Shown: one piece after another, positions 1 to 12,599 of the stretch
Layout: each line of letters begins with the position of its first letter
Numbering within the stretch: position 1 is the stretch's first letter
IMG/VR virus record: IMGVR_UViG_3300024999_000048
Span: 1-64,000 of that record
DNA from: a virus
Length of the DNA: 64,000 bases
Reading direction: 5' to 3' (one strand)
Position numbers and translations under genes: made by a program
The notes under the pieces: generated by a model
What the model was told of the DNA's origin: nothing
What the model saw: the letters and a program-made list of their open reading frames with translations, nothing else
Database searches by the model: none

Positions 1-562
1 TGGATAAGGATGTTCAAGCGATTGAAATATTATTAGATGGATTAACAAAAGCACATTTGAAGAATTATGATTTTAGCCTATATGATTCAAATACTTTTAT
101 TGATATTGATTATGTTTACAATGAGCATGTAAAACAAATTGAAGAATTGGAGGCATATTGTCGTGGTTTATAAATTCAAGCAAGCAATTGTAAATGGTGA
201 TCAATATATTTATGGATTTGGATTTTATTTGAGTATTGTGAAGTGGTATAAGTAATCCCATTAATTCATTAATAACAAGAAAGGTTGTGTAGTTGATGGA
301 ATTAGGTGATAAAGTTAAAATCAGAAATGGTATGCTTAGAGGAGTAATTGTCGAGATACAAAAATCCATGAAAGGTAGAAAGATATTTGTAGTTCAAATT
401 ACTAAAAATGTTAGTAATGGATATTGGGAAGAGGAATTAGAGAAAATTATTTGACCCAACGAAACTATTAATTTATACCATATTATGGATTTAGAAACCC
501 TTATAACAGTAGTGTTTCAGGGTTTGACGAATTTAAAAATTAGAAGAAAGAAGGAAATTATT

Positions 563-874
563 ATGAAAAAGTCAGATTTGAAAACGGGAATGAGATTTAA
601 AACTAGAGATGGCGAATTATATTTGGTTTTAAAAGATTGTGAAACATATTTAGGAAATCACACTTGTTTTGTAAATTTTAATGGAAGAGGATTTAATTTT
701 GATGATAATTATACCGAGGAATTAACACTTGTACAACTAAATGAAGTAGAAGAAGATGGTTATGGCGATGTCATGGAAATTTATACTACGGAAAGAGGAT
801 TTGTTAATGGTTGCACATTAGATCCTAAAGATTTAAAGTTAATTTGGAAAAGAAATGAAGCTGAATCTAAGTAG
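563..874 (+). CDS. Phage hypothetical protein (MKKSDLKTGM... type)
   Basis: ATG at 563 follows an AAGGA RBS; bounded by palindromic sites at 455 and 872. Confidence 0.6.
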   Translation: MKKSDLKTGMRFKTRDGELYLVLKDCETYLGNHTCFVNFNGRGFNFDDNYTEELTLVQLNEVEEDGYGDVMEIYTTERGFVNGCTLDPKDLKLIWKRNEAESK

Positions 875-1627
875 CACGAAAAGCAAGTTTAATTGATTTA
901 AAACAAGAAAGGAAATGATAAATTATGAAAACTATTTTAAAAGAAGGAACAGATTTTAAATGGATTAAGGTAAAAAATAGGCATGGTTATGAATTCCCTT
1001 GTCCTAAGTTATTAGATGGGAATAAATTACTACGTATAAGTGATCCATCTTTTAATTCAGTGGTTTATCACAGAGATAATGAAAATACACTAAAATTGGT
1101 ATTGATTAAAAATGGACAATATGAAGTCAATGGAAGACTATCAAACTTTTGGTATTGGTACGAATTAGATGAAAATCTTCAAATAACAGAAGAGAAAAAT
1201 GGTTATGGTAATTTCTTCGAACCTTTAAAACCTTTTGATGTTAAAATTAAATATGAAATAAGTCAATGAAAGCAAAACTTAAATGTATTCTAAATCAAAA
1301 AGAGAAAGAGGTAATTAATTATGGAAAATATTAATAAAGCATTAGTAGATATTAAAAGCCAAACTGGTCTGGAAATTAAGAACGAAAGCAGAGAAGGTAT
1401 TCCCTTATTCAATGTTCCAAACAGACAACCATTTAAATTTAATTTAGAAATTAGTTATAATTCAATTAGAGGACAAGGAAGTTTTGAACTGCATTTTCCA
1501 TCTCTATATGTCAAAGCAAATGACGTAAGAGAATTTTCTAACCAAGTAAATTTACTAACTTTCTTGATTGAGGATTTAAACAAAGCACTTAAAAAAGATT
1601 TCAGTAATGAATGGGTATTGCAATAAC

Positions 1628-1702
1628 ACTGGTCTGAGCCAGTATAAAACGCCTTAAGCTCAGAGCGTTAGCAGGGTTGATAATAATCCTGCTAGGTGGT
1701 AT
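1628..1702 (+). ncRNA. Pistol self-cleaving ribozyme
   Basis: P1 ACTGG(1628-32)/CCAGT(1639-43); loop TCTGAG pairs with CTCAGA(1659-64) as the pseudoknot; conserved ATAAA linker, TTAAG and GCG; P3 TTAGCAGGGTT/AATCCTGCTAG; G1696-T1697 cleavage dinucleotide; P2 GCC/GGT. Confidence 0.88.
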
Positions 1703-1956
1703 CAAAAAAGAAAGGATGATTAAAATGTATTATAAAAACGAGTGGAAAATGATTTTATTAACAGGAGCAGGGAAGGAGGAACAAGAAGAACAAATAGTTG
1801 AAGGAGAATTAGTTCAAGAAGGAAATGATATTTTATTTAAAAGCAGAGAACTTAATATTGTCTATGATAAAAATATATGGCATAAACTTAATGAAGTATC
1901 TAATGAATGGAATAAGTTTATTTATCTATATGTTGAAAAGGATAATTATAGACAGT

Positions 1957-1982
1957 TCCATTAAAAAGTAAAACTTATGGGA
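1957..1982. repeat. Palindromic boundary site TCCATTAAAA-AGTAAA-ACTTATGGGA
   Basis: Contains the stop codon of the upstream ORF; right arm identical to that of the 39667 site. Confidence 0.75.
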
Positions 1983-2131
1983 AAAATAATTTTATTTGAT
2001 TTTGTTCTTAGAATACATTACAATATTTGGTGTATTCTATAGAGTGAGAACTCTAAAATTATAAAGGAGGGTAGAGAGGAAAACTTAATATAGTTAAATA
2101 ATAATAAATAAAAGAGGAGAGATATTAGAAA

Positions 2132-3031
2132 TTGGCAACAATAAAACAATTGGAAGCAATAGATAGACTAAGAAAAGAAAAGTTTGCAAGAGAACATAAA
2201 ATTATAAACGGAGTTGACCATAAATTTTGTAATAAACATCACATTTATTTTCCAGAAGAAGATATATGGTTTCCATCAACATTAGAATTTTTTCATAACA
2301 GCAACAAAAATAAAACGGATGGTTTGCATCCTTGGTGTAAAAGATGTGCAAGCGACAAATCTAGCATTAATTATCTAGAAAATAGAGAAAGAAGTGATTT
2401 AGCTCATAAAAAATATGAAGGGTCTGAAAAACATAAAGCATGGTCTGCTAGAAATTATCAAATGTTTAAAGATAAGCAATCACAATGGAGAAAAGATAAT
2501 CCAGAAAAATGTAGGGAATATTCTAAACAACATAGAATACATGATATTACAGAGGCTGAATGGAAGAAAGAATTAGAAGTATTTAATTATGAATGTGCAT
2601 ATTGTGGAATCAGTGAAGAAGAAAGTATAAAAATACTAAAACAAAGACTTCATAAAGATCATGGAGACCATCTAGGAGCAAATGATTTAAGAAATAGCAT
2701 CCCTGCATGTAGAAGTTGTAATAGTAAAAAACATCAGGATGACATAGATGATTGGTATAAGAATAGAAAATTTTATACCGAAGAAAGATATAATAAAATT
2801 ATCTGGTGGCTCACAGAAGGATATAAAGATTACATAGAAGACAAACCACCGTATAGAATAATTAGGAAACAAAATGAGGGTAGAAAAGATTTTCATTGGG
2901 AGTTATGGACTGTTGATGAAATGAGGAATATGATGGAATGTATTGATATTAAAGGTAAAAGAAAAGAAATAATAAAAGATATTGAAGGAGGTATTTTAGA
3001 TGAATACTTAATGCAAGAAACGGCTAAATAA
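2132..3031 (+). CDS. HNH endonuclease with N-terminal Zn-binding region
   Basis: CAYCG...HKDH...N..PACRSCNSKK HNH motif; N-terminal C..H and CKRC; paralog of 50973..51740. Confidence 0.8.
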   Translation: MATIKQLEAIDRLRKEKFAREHKIINGVDHKFCNKHHIYFPEEDIWFPSTLEFFHNSNKNKTDGLHPWCKRCASDKSSINYLENRERSDLAHKKYEGSEKHKAWSARNYQMFKDKQSQWRKDNPEKCREYSKQHRIHDITEAEWKKELEVFNYECAYCGISEEESIKILKQRLHKDHGDHLGANDLRNSIPACRSCNSKKHQDDIDDWYKNRKFYTEERYNKIIWWLTEGYKDYIEDKPPYRIIRKQNEGRKDFHWELWTVDEMRNMMECIDIKGKRKEIIKDIEGGILDEYLMQETAK

Positions 3032-3071
3032 TAAAAACCTTGATCACATATAATAATAGTAGTGGTTAAGG

Positions 3072-3397
3072 TTGGGTAGTTTTAAGGCATGAAAATCCAT
3101 TGCCACGACTACATGGTCAGAACATTTATAACAGAACTCAATATTATTTACATGAGATTTTCAAACGACCGAATAACGGACATTAGAGCGTTACGCAATT
3201 ATGCGAAATGAGATTAAGTATTCCCCGTATTTGGTGAAAAACGTTGCTATAACCTAACTGTACGTTATTCGTATAGTTAGAGTCCTAAGTAACAGTCTGT
3301 GACTTTAAAGACGCAGGGAGCGACTTTTAACGCTACCCAATATTGGGGAACGTCTTTAATAATTTAATAAATGCTTCGTATGTATTACAGATGAAGT
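3072..3397 (+). ncRNA. Candidate structured non-coding RNA, family unassigned (strand not certain)
   Basis: ORF-poor, relatively GC-rich segment with multiple helices: TTCCCCGTATTTGGT/ACCCAATATTGGGGAA, CTAACTGTACG/CGTATAGTTAG, TTAAAGACG/CGTCTTTAA, CGCA/TGCG, GGTC/GACC. Confidence 0.5.
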
Positions 3398-3643
3398 AAA
3401 ATAAAATCAAAGGATGTGAATAACAATGACAAAAGAACAAATCAAACATTCTTGTTGGAATTGCTTGCTCCTTAACCTAGATAAAGCAGAATACAAATCC
3501 TGTATCAAAGGCCACAAACTAAAATTAATCTTCAATGTAAACGAATGCTCAGATTGGGATGGTTAATATCGATACCCAAAATATGGTATAACAGTCGCAC
3601 CATCCTTTATCTAACTTTATTTTTATATTTATACTAAACTCTA

Positions 3644-3672
3644 TTGTAATCTTGTTCCAATATTGATATACT
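3644..3672 (+). promoter_or_regulatory. SigmaA-type promoter
   Basis: TTGTAA-17 nt-TATACT with extended TG, upstream of ORF 3713. Confidence 0.5.
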
Positions 3673-6651
3673 AGTATTAATAAAGAAATAAAAATAAAAA
3701 GGAAGTGATAAAATGGAAGTTGAAGAGAGAATTAAAAACAGTATCAACATTGAGTTCAGAGATTTTAATGGAAACAAACATCTTTATTACAATGAAGAAA
3801 CGCCGTCTGAACAAATTAACTTTATTGGTTTTAGTATTGGAAACTTCATAAAATCATTAGGTTGGCCTAATGACACTGTAAAAGAAATATTGAAAAGTAT
3901 TGATGAAAATAGTTAAGGGATTGGATTTTTAGGGGAAGCAATTCCCTTTCTTCTTAAAAATTTGTATATTGCATAAATTAGATCATAAATAAATTTTAAA
4001 TAAAAGGAGAAAATACATATGAAAATCGGAACAAACGTCACAATCAAATTAAATCTAATTCCTAATCAAATCTACGGAGGAGCAATATTTGTGCCTGAAA
4101 TGGAAGAATTTTGTGGTAGAAGTGCAGTTATCACAGAGATATTATTTCCTGTTGTAAATGAAGGTGAAAGTAAATTTAGTTATGGATTAGGTATTGATAT
4201 GAACAAGGAATTTGAATTTACTGATGAGATGTTGGATGTTGTGGAATTGGGTAAAGTAGCATAGAGATTAGTTATTTGAAGGAGGAATATATAATGAAAA
4301 AAGTTGATCCAATGACAGCTTTAAATGCAATATTCTTTGAAAACAAAAGAGTATACGTAGAACACAATGTAAACTGTCTTAATTACTCAAGAGAATTTAA
4401 ATTAGGTAAAAATATTGGAATAATGTCTGAGATACCAGTAACGGTTTTAATTCATGGTAATTGGTTTATTGTAGGATAATTTAAAAGGCAGATTTCCTAG
4501 TATTGTAAGAAAGAAAGAAAGGATGATTAAAATGGAAAATTACACTCCTGAAAAACACGGAATAGTAACAGCAATTAGACTTTTCTATGAAAATGACAGA
4601 CAACCAATGGCAGAATTAGCTTTTTGTTTTGGTGGTACGGATATTATCGAATGGACAAATGTTAGTCAAAGAGAAAAATATAGTAAAGGAATTAACGGTT
4701 ATACTTTTTTCTTTGATGAAAGACAGCAGAATAGTTTTGAAAGTTTTAAAAAATAATTAAAATTTGAAAGGATGGATTAAAAATGAAAATTTATAAATTA
4801 TATAGAATTGATGGATTTTCAGGTGATTCATATTATTGTATTCCTAATGAAATAACATTAGGTTATTATGTTTCAAGAGAAAAAGCAGAAGCACATCCAG
4901 AATATCAACTATGGCTTAAAAAAGAGCAAGAGCAAAATAAGCTATATGAGAAGATTAAAGGACTATCAGATGAACAAATTGAAAATACATTATCGTCTGA
5001 AGAATTAGATATACTCAACGAAAATGACAGTTATCATAGTGAACCAAATTATGTTGGAATAATAGAGATTGATGTTATAGATTAGAATTACTTTAAAATA
5101 TAACTTTTATCTGAAATTATTATAAACAAGAAAGGATGATTAAAATGTCAGTATTAATTTGTAGTACAATTTATGGTGGTTGTGGGTATGTTGGCAGTAA
5201 TAGAGATTTTTCAAGTAGTGATGATGGAGATTTTGTATTTTGCCCTGCTTGTGGCGAAGACCATGCTTTTCAAATTCTCAAACAAAATATTAATGGATTG
5301 ACAAATGAAAATAATTATGAAAAAGCAAAAGAATTAATGATAGGTTATTATAAAGAAACTCCAAGAAAAATATTTAATACTGCTCTAGAAGTTTCGGTTG
5401 CCGGATACAACGAAATACTTTATGAAAATGAGTTTTATCAAATAGTTGGTGGAAGAGATACTACTTTATTTGTAAGAGGAGAAGGTAGTAGAAGTGAACC
5501 AAGTGAAATTGATGTTAGTAAAGTAGAACAGTTTATAAGTTCAATACGTTAAAAGAAGGAAGATTAAATATGAAAAACATTGATGAACTAAGTGAAGAAT
5601 ATCGCAGAGCATGTAAACAAGAAATGATGAATGATTTAGTCAAAGAGTTTAATCTACTATTAGTTAATGAAAATGTTTCTGGAGAAAAGATAAGTTTGAC
5701 TTTTCAAATGTTAATGAATACTATTAAAATTTCTCAAATGAGTTAAATTATAATTTTAAAAAAGAAAGGATTGATAATCTAAATGTATAAAGAAAATGAT
5801 AAAGTTATGGTCACATGTAAAGAGATTAGTAGTAAAGATGAGTTGGCCTATATTGCTTCAAGAACTCCCTTTGGTGCATATGAAGTGACATTACTAATGG
5901 ATCATAAGCCTAGTAGTGGATTTGATCCTGTTAGAGTTTTTAGCATAGAACAAATGCGCTTTGCTACTAAGCAGGAAGTTACTGATAATGTAAGAGAGTG
6001 GGAAGTGAGACATAATTATAAGTTAGGAGGAATGATTTAAGATGTCAAAATGTAAATACTGTGTGATTTTACCATTAAGAATAGGTAAAGCAAAAGAAGT
6101 TCTAGGGGATAGGGTTTTTCATTGTATTGTCAATAATGACAAAGTAGAAATTTTAGATGATAATTCAGAAAGAAAAATTCATGAGATGGAATTAAATGAA
6201 GTTAAGTTTGTGGATTATACTGATGTCTACTATAAAGATGATGTAACTATGTGGTTAAGATAGGCATTAAAATCACTCTTTGGTCGGATTACAAATTAAG
6301 AAAGAAGGAATAAAAATGAACAACAAAAATTTTAAATATCTATATATCATATCTTCTTATGCTGGTGATAGAGGAAACGTTGAGCAAGGTATATATAAAA
6401 TGAATTTAAATACTGAAGAGATGAGAAAAGCATGTGATGAAGATTTTCAAAAAAATTATCCTGAAGTAATAGTTGGTATGCATTTGTGTTCATCGATAGT
6501 TATTGAAATAAAAGATATCGGAATTGATGCGTTCATTAAAAATGGAGATGAATGCTGTAACAAATACCAACAAGAGCAAAAGGATATTGAAAAACGTGAA
6601 TTAGCCGAACTTGAAAGATTACAAAAGAAATACAACCAATAATAGAGAACT

Positions 6652-6703
6652 ATATTTCCCCACTAAATCCATAAAAATAAATGGATATTTGTGAGGGAAA
6701 TAT
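6652..6703 (+). terminator. Long hairpin, possible terminator
   Basis: ATATTTCCCCAC...GTGAGGGAAATAT followed by T-rich sequence, after ORF 6280..6642. Confidence 0.45.
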
Positions 6704-6714
6704 TTATTTTTATA

Positions 6715-6743
6715 TTGTATTACATACAGCACTATGATATAAT
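6715..6743 (+). promoter_or_regulatory. SigmaA-type promoter
   Basis: TTGTAT-17 nt-TATAAT with extended TG. Confidence 0.6.
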
Positions 6744-6766
6744 TATATCAATCAATACAAAAGGAG

Positions 6767-6961
6767 TTGTTACATATGAGTGAAAATCCATATCAAGCAA
6801 ATGGTTATGAAAGCCGTAAACATTATTTGCAATGTATGTCTGAAGACTACGCAGTACCTTTAGAAATTGTTTATTCCCTTGCAGATATGCTTGGGCCTAG
6901 CGAAGATTTTGATGGCTTGGTCAATGCTTTAGAAGATGCTGAAGGAGAATTTGAAGAGTAG
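6767..6961 (+). CDS. Small acidic phage hypothetical protein
   Basis: YQANGYESRKHYL...EDFDGLV; distant paralog at 35247 (YQSKGYQNRKEFI). Confidence 0.55.
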   Translation: MLHMSENPYQANGYESRKHYLQCMSEDYAVPLEIVYSLADMLGPSEDFDGLVNALEDAEGEFEE

Positions 6962-7031
6962 GTAAGCTAAAACATAAGGGAGTTTAACAAACTCCCTTAA
7001 TATTAAAATAAATTTAAAGGAGTCGATCTAA

Positions 7032-8381
7032 ATGTCAAACTTTAATTTCAAAAATCTATTCTCTGAAACAGTAATACATAACGATGAATATGTCTCAAAC
7101 AAACATTTTTTAATCAAAAAATCTCTTCTAAAGAAATCTCAACTTGAATTCATAAACCAATTTCCTCTCGACACTCAATTAATTAATTCCTTATCTCAGA
7201 CTCTTAAAAATGAATCCAGAAAACCAATAATTACTGAATTTATCCCTCAATCAATCCTAGAAGATACCGAATATAACATACTCATAATGGAGTTAGACAG
7301 AGGATATAAGCCTTATAATGAGTCTACATCTAAAATATATCCTGCAATCAAAGAAGAATATTATAACTTCATTCAATCTCTCAATTGTAAAATATGCATT
7401 GTTAACAATTATCAAGTAAATACTTTAGCAATTTATAATAATCAAAATGAATTTGTTGGAATATTATTACCAATCAAAGTAAAAGATTCAAACATTACAA
7501 ATGCTCAGAATTACAATGATTATCTCAACAATCTAAAATCAGAACAAGAATCTAAGAAATTATCAAAATTAAACTCCAAGAAATGTTTATATATCAAAGA
7601 TAATAAGGCAGTAGTTAGAAATAAAGAATTAACCTGCATTGCTGATATTATCAATGATGAGGCATATAAAAACCTTTACATTGAGAAAACTACTAAACAA
7701 GATGCAGGAGTTTATATTGATCTTGGAATTGTTCATGTTTATATCAGATCAATTACAGGAGATGCTTCTCATGAAGATATTAAATATTATTTAAACAATG
7801 TCACCAATTATAATTTAGAAATGGCATTGTCAAATATTAATGAACGTAAAAACAACAATCAATTCATCAATGTTGCAGATATTAAACTCATTGAACTATC
7901 TGGAGCCATTAAACAAGAAGTGCAAGGACTAATTGATTATCGCCAAGAGTGGTGTGACAGAAAAACTAAAGAAGAACAAGAAAAGAAATCTAAGCAAGAA
8001 CAGGAGGATAGGGAGTATACTAATTCTAAAAACAAGATTGTTAATGAATTAGTATCTCAAGCAGAACAAACAATCATTAATAATCAGAAAGTTAATAACA
8101 AAGAGATCACTGTTTATAAGTCAAGATATGAGAGTAATGATACCAGTTTAATTCTTCATATGATGAAATTATATGATATCAAAGTGCCATTAAAAACTCA
8201 GGGATGGATTAATAAAGTGTTAGCAAGTATATTTTATGATGTAGAAGAGGGCAATGTTAGTTATTCATATTATAAATCTTCTGCTAATAGCAATGTGTTT
8301 AGGAAATATTTGAATGAGTTTGTTGGTAAGATTCAGGATAAGTATGATTATAAATCAAGAAAGAAGGAATCGTTATGTTAA
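7032..8381 (+). CDS. Large hypothetical protein
   Basis: 449-aa ORF with AAGGAG RBS; no recognised motif. Confidence 0.6.
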   Translation: MSNFNFKNLFSETVIHNDEYVSNKHFLIKKSLLKKSQLEFINQFPLDTQLINSLSQTLKNESRKPIITEFIPQSILEDTEYNILIMELDRGYKPYNESTSKIYPAIKEEYYNFIQSLNCKICIVNNYQVNTLAIYNNQNEFVGILLPIKVKDSNITNAQNYNDYLNNLKSEQESKKLSKLNSKKCLYIKDNKAVVRNKELTCIADIINDEAYKNLYIEKTTKQDAGVYIDLGIVHVYIRSITGDASHEDIKYYLNNVTNYNLEMALSNINERKNNNQFINVADIKLIELSGAIKQEVQGLIDYRQEWCDRKTKEEQEKKSKQEQEDREYTNSKNKIVNELVSQAEQTIINNQKVNNKEITVYKSRYESNDTSLILHMMKLYDIKVPLKTQGWINKVLASIFYDVEEGNVSYSYYKSSANSNVFRKYLNEFVGKIQDKYDYKSRKKESLC

Positions 8382-8990
8382 ATTTACAAGAGGTTCTTAT
8401 TCATCTAGTTAAAAATTCAATTACTTATAAGGACATAACAAATGAAATTGAAGTCAGAGAATTTTCAAAAGGTATGAAAAAGGTTGATGCCAGATTATCA
8501 AAATATACTAAATCTGAACTCCATGAAATTGCATACGCTACAAATACACATGCGTTTAATATGCGTTATTGATCCTAAGAAGATTTAAGCCACTTCTGAC
8601 AGGTCATCATAAGCAAATTAAAATTTAGGAGGAATAAAAAATGAATAGAGAACAAGAAATACTTGAACAATTAACAAAGTTGACAGATGAATTTAATATG
8701 TTGTCATGTGGAGTTAACAGTGGGAAAGGTTGTGACAATTGCCAGAAGAAAAAAATATGTGATGCTATTACAGAATTAGGTGATGCTATTATGGATTTTA
8801 AATATAAATAAGACTGGTATTTAATTGAGAAAGGAGTTATACATGACAAAGAAAGAAAATAGTGATTGCTTAATTATAGCTATTGGTGCGGTATCTTTAT
8901 TTTTTATTATTGGAATATTAATATACTATTAAATCTTTAAAACTAGTGTTTTAAATGCTTAAAATTTAAGAATGAAAGAAGGAAAATAAA

Positions 8991-9998
8991 ATGTTAGAAA
9001 TTCAAAGATTTGAATCAAGTATATCCTCAAAATTCGGAGATCGTGTCCACCTAAATTTAAATGATTATGCTGAACCAAATAGCATCAAATGCAAAATGGC
9101 AAACATTGGAGAAGAAATTATTCCAGATATGTTCGCTTATGATGGAAGTCCTTATTTTCCTTATGAAACTTTTATGAAGTATTCTAATGGAAATCACTAT
9201 GCTAGGGTCTATGTTGAGGTAGAATATAAATCTAAAGAACTTGATTTAGATTCTACTATTTTTAATACTGCAAATGGCATAAACAGTTATATCACAAATT
9301 TAGAAACTTTACATCGTATTATGGATATCAGGTATATAGCAAAAAACAAGAAAAATATAAAATTAAATGAATTTGTTTGGAGAGGAACTTTAAAATTTGA
9401 TCAATTTGGTCAGACAATGTTTATATATGATCAAGAATTTTCTAAAGATACTCCTGATTGGGTTAAGAATGGAACGGTAGATCCAGAAACTTTTGGTTGT
9501 TATTGCGAAAGACGGTCAGGAACTTTTAAGAATATACCGGATCAAGATGATATTTGTCCTGAGTGTGGAAACAAATGGACTATAGGCAATATTGTTGATT
9601 ATGTAACTATTGAACAAAAAGATTATAAACAAATACCATACCATAAATATTGCTTAAAAATTCACAACAATAAGAAACAATTGAAAGAGTTTCAAGATGT
9701 CTTTAAAGATGCATATAACTTAAATGAATTAAAATTCAATGCAATACCAAATGAATATTGTTCATGTGATAAATGTGCATCTTGGTTTATTGTATCAACT
9801 CCAGACGGTGACATAAAAATTGGTTGGAGAAAAAGAGTTATTAATATTGAATGGATGGATAGTTATAAAAAGTTTAAGGAGACTTTTAACTCTGAAGAGA
9901 CTACTACATTTATTGGATATGTTCAAAGAGGTATTCACGCATGGGGTGTAGAAAAGGCAAAGGAATATTTAAAAAGAGCAAAAGAATCTATAGTTTAA
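8991..9998 (+). CDS. Phage hypothetical protein with Cys motifs (IGWRKRVINI motif)
   Basis: 335-aa ORF with CPECG and PNEYC..C..C..WF motifs. Confidence 0.55.
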   Translation: MLEIQRFESSISSKFGDRVHLNLNDYAEPNSIKCKMANIGEEIIPDMFAYDGSPYFPYETFMKYSNGNHYARVYVEVEYKSKELDLDSTIFNTANGINSYITNLETLHRIMDIRYIAKNKKNIKLNEFVWRGTLKFDQFGQTMFIYDQEFSKDTPDWVKNGTVDPETFGCYCERRSGTFKNIPDQDDICPECGNKWTIGNIVDYVTIEQKDYKQIPYHKYCLKIHNNKKQLKEFQDVFKDAYNLNELKFNAIPNEYCSCDKCASWFIVSTPDGDIKIGWRKRVINIEWMDSYKKFKETFNSEETTTFIGYVQRGIHAWGVEKAKEYLKRAKESIV

Positions 9999-12001
9999 AT
10001 AAAATTTGAAAGGATTGATTAAATAATGAAAATTCAAGACTTCATTAACAGAGGAATAAGGGTTATAAATGATATGAATGAACTTAGAATCCCAAGCAGA
10101 GCCTCAATTCCATTTTCTAATGGATGGGTAGCAAGTATTGTAACAACAGATAATGGTTATTCGGTAGCAGTATGTGATTATAATGGTTATTTCAATTGGG
10201 GTATTTTAAACAGTTATGGAGCAGAGCGAGGAAAATTTCAATGCAAAACAGAAGATGAAGTTTGTAATGCGTTAGCAATTATAGAATCTTTACCAAATTA
10301 AAAGGTATTGAGATAATGAGTGGCGAATTATGTATTTGGATTATTTAACTACAAAGGAGTCAAATAATGCATTGGAAATCCGGCATAACATCATGGAAAG
10401 ATCCTTATACTAATGAATTTGTCACTCGAAAAGAATATGGAAAACTATCTAAAAGAGCGTCAGTTAATGGATTCTCTGCTCCTGAATATTTAATCTCTAA
10501 GGGTTATTTTAAAGATAGGTATCATTATTATAGACTTAAAGATAAAATTTTTTTAGATAGGTAAAATTGAAAGGAATGATTAAAATGTCAAGACAATTAG
10601 TTATTATTGAAAATGAAGGAAGACCAGACATAGTGAATGATGCTAAAAATATAGTAATTTGCACAAACAATACTAAGGATGGTAAGTTTAAGAGATATAC
10701 TATTTATATTGATGAAAATGGTGTGGCTCAATTAGAATGTTTAGGCAATTACGAACAAGACGAAGAAGAAGATAATGAGTATCGTGAAGAATTTTCTAAA
10801 CAACATAAAGACGTAACATTTTACGTTGTTAATTATAAATTAAAGCAATTTATAGAATCAAAAGGTTTATTTCCAATAATAGATGATAAATCCGAAGATG
10901 ATGGTACTTGTCATAATCTTAGAACTGAAAACTGTTTTTGGAGATATATTAAGAATCAAGAATTAGATATTGTAATAAATGAGTGGAAGTCATTATATTA
11001 TTAAATAAAATGAGTTAAAATAACAAAGGGATATAATCCTTGGAACCATGCAACTTATCCTATTATTAAATTAAAAGGAGTGTTTATAAAATGAAAGCAG
11101 ATGATTATTGCGGAGCTAAAAATTGTAAGTGCAGAGCAGATGAATATGATATTGATTATTATGATCGTGTTAGAAAAACAGAAACCAATATTCCTATATA
11201 CAACATTAGTGTTATGGAATGGAATTCAATGTCTTCCGAACAGCAAGAGGAGTACATAATAACCAATGACATAGAAGTAGAATATTCTACTGATATCTCT
11301 GATACTTTATCAAGAGGTTTCGGACATTTGGATCAATGGGGATTCTGGGAATATCAATGTAAACGTATTTAATAATTATTGGGAGGCGCATCTATGGCAC
11401 GAGGTGGAATAAGAGAATTAATGTATAAATCCCCAGAAGAACAAAAGGCAGAAGATGAATATATTCAGAAATATCTTAAAGATGATTGGTTTTATCAATA
11501 CTTTCCTTTTATTGTAGGTGTGGTGGGAATTGGATTTATATTGCTTATGGCATATCTAAAAAGAAATTTTTAAATTAAAATGACGATTTCATACCTATTT
11601 TGTAGTGAAAGGATGATGTTAAAATGGCAAAATGGAATTATAAACTCGAAGAAGAAGGATTGAAATTACGAGAATTAACATTTGCGTCAAAAGAAGCAGA
11701 AACAATTGAACAAATTGAGGTATGTTGTAGATCATTATTGAAACAATTAACCAATAAAGATAAGGAGTATCATGAAGAGAAAATTGAAGACTTATTAAAC
11801 TTAATTGCAGGAGAAGCAGATATTATTAGAAATAATCCAGATGAAATTACTAAGGAATGGGATTTTAAAGATATAGAGGAATTAGTTAATTCGAGACTAT
11901 CTGAATTCTATGATATTTGTGACGATTGTAGATGTTGGGTGCAAATGTAGTTTAAATCAAAGATAGATTTGATCGTATTTTTATGAAGGAGGTAAACATA
12001 A

Positions 12002-12247
12002 ATGTTTGAAAATGGACAAAAGGTAATGTTAAAAACATATGAAGAGTTAGCTGAACAATTTGGGGGTTGGTGGAGAGGATGATTTATATGACATAATGAC
12101 AGATCCACCTATACCTGTTGAAATGGACATTTATCTAGGCACAAAGGTAACTATCAGAGAGAAAGCAAAAATTATGATGCTTATCTTATTGAAGAAGACG
12201 AAGAGGGATGGGCGTTCCCATCAGTAGCGTTTGTAAATGAAGAATAG
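12002..12247 (+). pseudogene. Frameshifted hypothetical gene
   Basis: AGGAGG RBS and ATG at 12002; coding-like frames switch at a G-run (~12062) and an A-run (~12168). Confidence 0.5.
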
Positions 12248-12269
12248 AAATTTTTAGGAGGAAATTGTA

Positions 12270-12558
12270 ATGAAAGAAGGATTAGAAAGATTTATCGAGG
12301 ATAATTATTCAAATATATTAAGAGAATATATTCAATTTTTAAGAAGGGACGTTATCCCTAAAGTTGGAACTACAGTTGAATTAAGAAAAAAAAGGACATT
12401 GTGGACGATCTATTGGAAGTGTAGTCAAGATAAGGGAAGTTATCTTAACTGGTTGGCACCATATTGTACTTGATAGCGATTATGGTAAAGGTTTGGGTTC
12501 TGGTATATCAATTGAAGATTGGTGGAAAGAGATATTTATTGTTGATGAAGTCCTATGA
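12270..12558 (+). pseudogene. Frameshifted hypothetical gene
   Basis: Frame change at the A8 run 12386-12393; the other frame reads GHCGRSIGSVVKIREVIL...DEVL to TGA 12558, which lies inside a palindromic site. Confidence 0.6.
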
Positions 12559-12599
12559 AACAGGAATTCAGTATAAAGTAAAGAAAGAAGGTTTTTAGT

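Noticed and set aside
1677-1715. 5' extension of ORF 1677..1964
   Set aside because: It overlaps the pistol P3 stem; the real start is likely the ATG at 1716 or 1725 near GAAAGGA.
3236-3325. Twister-like words (AACGTTGC, GTCCTAAGT, CAGGG) in the structured region
   Set aside because: The P4 stem required around TCCTAAGT does not pair, so it is not called a twister ribozyme.
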